Shown here: positions 53,901 to 64,000 of the stretch, piece after piece
Numbering within the stretch: the first letter of the stretch is position 1
How the letters are laid out: every line of letters begins with the position of its first letter
Assembly (NCBI GenBank): GCA_009914755.4
Contig: CP068257.2
Location: 1,056,001-1,120,000 of the forward strand
Direction of reading: 5' to 3'
Source: the human T2T-CHM13v2.0 reference genome, Homo sapiens
Length of the DNA: 64,000 bases
Notes under the pieces: model-generated
What the model saw: the letters and a program-made list of their open reading frames with translations, nothing else
What the model was told of the DNA's origin: nothing
The model's database searches: none
Program-made: the position numbers and the translations under genes

Positions 53901-56509
53901 ACAAAGCCCCCTGTAGACAAATCTCAGAAAATTGTTACATCACCTGGGTGAACAATGGAGATATCTGTCACAATTCCCCTTTAGGCGCAGCTTAGACAAG
54001 CGTTACATCACATGAGTGATCAGTGCAGAGATATGTCACTATGCCCCCATAGGCAGATCCAAGACAAGAGTCCATCACCTGGGTGATCAGTGCAGAGTTA
54101 TGTCACAATGCCCCTTTTGGGCATAGCCTAGAAAATGGTTCCAACACCTGGGTGATCAGTGCAGAGATGTGTCACAAGACCCCTGTATCCAGAGCCTAGA
54201 CAAGTGTTACATCAGCTGTGTGATCAGTGCAGTGACATGTCACAATGTCTCTCTGGCCATATCCTTGACAAAAGTGAAATCACCTGGGTGATCAGTGCGG
54301 AGATACATCACAATGCCTCCAGTAGGCAGAGCCTAGACAAGTGTTACATCACCTGGGTGATCAGGGCAGAGTTATGTCACAATGCCCCCTGTAAGCAGAT
54401 CCCAGACAAGAGTTGCATCACCTCGGTGATCAGTGCAGAGATATGTCCCAATGCCCCCTGTCGGCGAAGCCTATACAAGAGTACATCATCTCGGTGATCA
54501 GTGCAGTGATATGTGAAAATGCCTTTGTAGGCAGAGCCTACAAAAGAGTTACATCGCCTGAGTGATCAATGCAGAGATTTGTCACAATGCCCCCTGTAGG
54601 CAGAGCATAGAGAATAGTTGCATCACATGGGTGATCAGTACAGAGATATATCACAATGTCCCCTGTAGGCAGAGCATAGAGAAGAGTTGCATCACCTGGG
54701 TGATCAGCGCAGAGACATTTCACAATGTCCCCTGTAGGCAAAGCCTAGGAAAGAGTTGCATCTCCTGGGTTATCAGTGCAGATATATGTCACAATGTCCC
54801 CTGTAGGCAAAGCCTAGGCAAGAGTTACATCACCTTTGTCATCAGTTCAGGGATATGTGAAAACGTCCCTGTAGGCAGAGCTTAGAAAATAGTTACACTA
54901 CCTAGTTGATCAGCGCAGAGATATATCACAATAACCCCTGTAGGCAGATCCTAGACAAGGGTTGAATCACCTGGGTGTTCAGTGCACAGATATTTCACAA
55001 TGCCCCCTTGGGCAGAGGGTAGACAGCAGTTACATCACCTAGGTGATCAGTGCAGAGATTTCTCAAAATTCCCTGTAGGCAGTGCTTATAAAAGTGTTAC
55101 ATCACCTAAGTGATCAGTGCAGAGATATGTCACAAAGCTCCCATAGGCAGAACTTAGATGAGTTACATCACCTGGGTGATCAGTGCAAAGGTATGTCACA
55201 AAGCGCCCTGTAGGCAAAGCCTAGACAATAGTTACATCACTTGGGTGATCAGTGGCGAGATCTCTCACAATTCCCCTGTTGGCAGAGCTTATACAACAAT
55301 TACATCACCTGGGTGATCAGTGCAGAGATATGTCACAGTGACCCCATAGGCACATCCAAGACAAGAGTCCATCACCTGGGTGATCGGTGCAGAAATATGT
55401 CACAATGCCCCCTTAGGCAGAGCCTAGACAAAAACCCCATCACCTGGATGATCAGTGCAGAATTATGTCACAAAGTCCCTTTAGGCAGATCCTAGACAAG
55501 AGTTACATCTCTTGGATGATCAGTGCAGAGATATGTCACAATACCACTGTAGGCAGAGCCGAGACAAGGGTTACATGACCTAGGTGATCACTGCAGAGAT
55601 ACATTGCAATGTTCCTGTAGGCAGAGCCTTGAGAAGTGGTATATCACATGGGTGACCATTGCAGGTGTATGTCACAAAGCACCCTTTAGGCAGATCCTAG
55701 AGAAGAGTTATATCACCTGGGTGATCAGTGCAGAGATATGTCAAAGGCACCCTGTAGGCAGAGCCTAGACAAGAGTTATATCACCTGGGTGATCAGTGCA
55801 GAGATACGTCAAAATGTCCCCAGTAGGCAGAGACCAGGCAAGAGTTGGATCACCTCGGGAGCAGTGCGGAGATATGTCTCAATCCCCCTGTGGGCACAGC
55901 CTACACAAGGGTTACATCACCTCGGGTAACAGTGCAGAGATATGTCACAATACCCCCTGTAAGCACAGCCTAGACAAGAGTTACATCACCTGGGTGATCA
56001 GTGCAGAGATAGGTGACAAGGCCCCTTTAAGCAGAGCCTAGACAATAGTTATATCACCTGAGTGATCAGTGCGGAGATTTGTCACAATGCCCCTTTAGGC
56101 AGAGCTTAACTAGAGTTACATCACCACGGTGATGAGTGCAGAGATATGTCACTAGGCCCCCTATACGCAGAGCCTGGAGAAGGGTTACATCACCTCGGTG
56201 ATTTATGAAGTGATATATCACTATGCCCCATAGGCAGAGCCTAGTCAAGCGTTACATCACCTGGGTAATCAGTGCAGAGTTATGTCGCAAAGCCCCCATA
56301 CACAGAACCTAGACAAGAGTCCCATCACCCGGATGATCAGTGCAGAAATATGTCACAATTCCCCCCATAGGCAGATCCAACACAAGAGTTACATCACCTG
56401 GGTGATCAGTGTAGAGTTATGTCACAATGCCCCCATAGGCAGAGCCTAGACAAAACTCCCATCACGTGGGTAATCAGTGCAGAGATATGTCAAAAAGCCC
56501 CTGTAGGCA
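47930..56509 (-). repeat. Beta-satellite array, orientation R
   Basis: 68-bp monomers, R orientation, about 126 monomers. Confidence 0.9.
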
Positions 56510-61357
<4,848 letters not shown>

Positions 61358-64000
61358 AGATCTGACTCAACGCGAGTGGAATGAAATGGAATGTAATGCA
61401 ATGGAACTGAGTGGAATCAACCTGATTGGAATGGAATGGAATGGAATGGCATGGAATCAACCCGAGCGGAAAGGAATGGAATGGAATGGAGTGGAATGGA
61501 ATGTAATGTAATGGAATGGAATGGAATGGAATCAACACGATGGGAATGGAACGGAATGGAATGGGATGGGATGGAATGGAATGGAATGGAACTTAATCAA
61601 CACGAATGGAATGGAACGGAATGTAATGTAATGTAATGGAATGGAATGGAATGGAATGGAATGGAATGAAATGAAAAGGAACGGAATGGAATCAACACGA
61701 GTGGAATGGAATGGAACGGAATGGAATCAACCCGAGTGGAATGAAATGGAATGTAATGCAATGGGATGGGGTGGAATCAACCCGAGTGGAATGGAATGGA
61801 ATGGAATGGAATGGAATGGAATGAAATGGAATGGATCGGAATGGAATCCAATGGAATCAACTGGAATTCAATGGAATGGAATGGAATGGAATAAATCCGG
61901 GTGGAGTGGAATGGAATGTAATGGAGTGGAATGTAGTGGAATTTAGTGGAATGGAATGGAATGGAATGGAATGAAATGGATTGGATTGGAATGGAATCCA
62001 ATGGAATCACCTGGAATGGAATGGAATGGAATGGAATAAATCCGGGTGGAGTGGAATTGAATGTAATGGAGTGGAATGGAATGGAATTTAGTGGAATGGA
62101 ATGTAATGTAATGGAATGGAATGGAATGGAATGGAATCAACCCGAAAGGAAAGGAACGGAATGGAATGGAAAGGAATGGAATGGAATGGAATGGAATGGA
62201 ATGGAATGGAATGGAATGGAATGGAATGCAATGGAAAGGAACGGAATGGAAAGGAATGGAATGGAATGAACCCGAATGGAATGGAATGGATTGGAATGGA
62301 ATGGAATGGAATCAAGCCGAGCGTAAAGGAATGGAATGGAATGGATTGGACTGGAATGTAATGGAATGGAATGAAATGGAATGGAATCAACACGAATGGA
62401 ATGGAACGGAATGGAATGGAAGGGGATGGAATGGAATGGAATGGAAGTTAATCAACACGAATGGAATGGAACGGAATGGACTGGAATGGAATGGAATGAA
62501 CCCGAGTGGAATGGAATGGATTGGAATGGAATGGAATGTAATCAACCCGAGCGGAAAGGAATGGAATGGAATGGAGTAGAATGGAATGTAATGCAATGGA
62601 ATGGAATGGGATGGAATCAACACGAATGGAATGGAACGGAATGGAATGGGATGGGATGGAATGGAATGGAATGGAAGTTAATCAACCCGAATGGAATGGA
62701 ACGGAATGGAATGGAAAGGAAAGGAACGGAATGGAATGGAATGGAATGGAATGGAATGGAATCAACCCGAATGGGATGGAATGGAATGGAATGGAATGGA
62801 ATGGAATGGAATGGAATGTCATGAAATGGAATGGATCGGAATGGAATCCAATGGAATCAATTGGAATGGAATGGAATGGAATGGAATGGAATAGAATAAA
62901 TCCGGGTGGAGTGGAATGGAATGTAATGGAGTGGAATGTAATGGAATTTAGTGGAATGTAATGGAATGGAATGGCATGGAATGAAATGGATTGGATCGGA
63001 ATAGAATCCAACGGAATCAACTGGAATGGAATGGAATGGAATGGAATGGAATAAATCTGGGTGGAGTGGAATGGAATGTAATGGAGTGGAATGGAATGGA
63101 ATTTAGTGGAATGTAATGGAATGGAATGGAATGGAATGGAATGGAATAGAATGCAATGGAATGGAATGGAATGAAATGGATTGGATCGGAATGGAATTCA
63201 ATGGAATCAACTGGAATGGAATGGAATGAAATGGAATGGTATAAATCCCGGTGGAGTGGAATGGAATGTAATGGAGTGGAATGGAATTGAATTTAGTGGA
63301 ATGGAATGGAATGGAATGGAATGGAATGGAATGGAATGGAATGGAATGGAATGGAATGGAATCAACCCGAATGGAATGGAACGGAATGGAATGGAAAGGG
63401 ATTGAATGGAATGGAATGGAATGGAATGGAATGGAATCAACCCGAATGGGATGGCATCGAATGGAATTGAATGGAATGGAATGGAATGGAGTGGAATGGA
63501 ATGGAATGGAATCATCCCAAGTGTAATGGAATGGAATGGAGTGCAATGGAACCCACCCGAGTGGAATGGAATGGAATGGAATGGAATGGAAAGGAATGGA
63601 ATGGATTGGAATGGAACGGAATGGAGTGGAATGGAATAAACACCAGGGGAATGAAATGCATTGGAATGGAATGGAATGGAATGGAATGGAATGGAATGGA
63701 ATGGAATGAAATCAAACCGAGTGGAATGGAACAGAATGGAATGGAATGGAAAGGAATGAATGGAATGGAATGGTGTGGAATCAACAGGAGAGGAATGGAA
63801 TGGAATGGAATGGAACGGAACGGAATGGAAAGGAATGGAATGGAATCAACCCGAGCGGAAAGGAATGGAATGGAATGGAGTGGAATGTAATGTAATGTAA
63901 TGGAATGGAATGGAATGGAATCAACACGAATGGAATGGAACGGAATGGAATGGGATGGGATGGAATGGAATGGAATGGAAGTTAATCAATACGAATGGAA
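61358..64000 (+). repeat. HSat3-type classical satellite, (GGAAT)n on the + strand, with interspersed CAACCCGAGT / ATCAACACGAATGG motifs and internal higher-order sub-blocks
   Basis: Pure pentameric ggaat/ggaac/ggagt/gtaat variants. The recurring 'atcaacccgagcggaaaggaatggaatggaatggagtggaatg…' block occurs at about 61450, 62545 and 63843. A second recurring block 'ggaataaatccgggtggagtggaatggaatgtaatggagtggaatg' occurs at about 61888, 62035, 62893, 63050 and 63240. Confidence 0.9.

Overview
This window is primate (human-like) constitutive heterochromatin, not a prokaryotic locus. I see no CRISPR array, operon or defence system, and almost every ORF in the supplied track is a translation artefact of tandem repeats. 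The content is: (i) long arrays of 68-bp beta-satellite (Sau3A family) monomers; (ii) seven D4Z4-like repeat units (about 2.4-2.8 kb each), each carrying a degenerate DUX4-like double-homeobox pseudogene, inserted into the beta-satellite at roughly 10-kb spacing; (iii) an orientation switch at about 27.49 kb. Left of it, beta-satellite and DUX4-like units share one orientation (DUX4L antisense on +); right of it, both are reverse-complemented (DUX4L sense on +), and the junction unit is an inverted-repeat-flanked DUX4L fragment; (iv) one young AluY with a long poly-A and an intact target-site duplication, inserted into a beta-satellite monomer; (v) an abrupt transition at 61358 into (GGAAT)n HSat3-type satellite running to the window end. 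The architecture (beta-satellite + D4Z4-like + HSat3) is typical of acrocentric short arms or similar pericentromeric regions of human/great-ape genomes, but I cannot assign a chromosome from sequence alone. No DUX4-like copy encodes a full-length (~424 aa) DUX4. Three copies (units B, F, G) retain 113-144 aa ORFs covering homeodomain 1 with or without part of homeodomain 2. All coordinates of repeat boundaries are approximate (about +/-20 bp).
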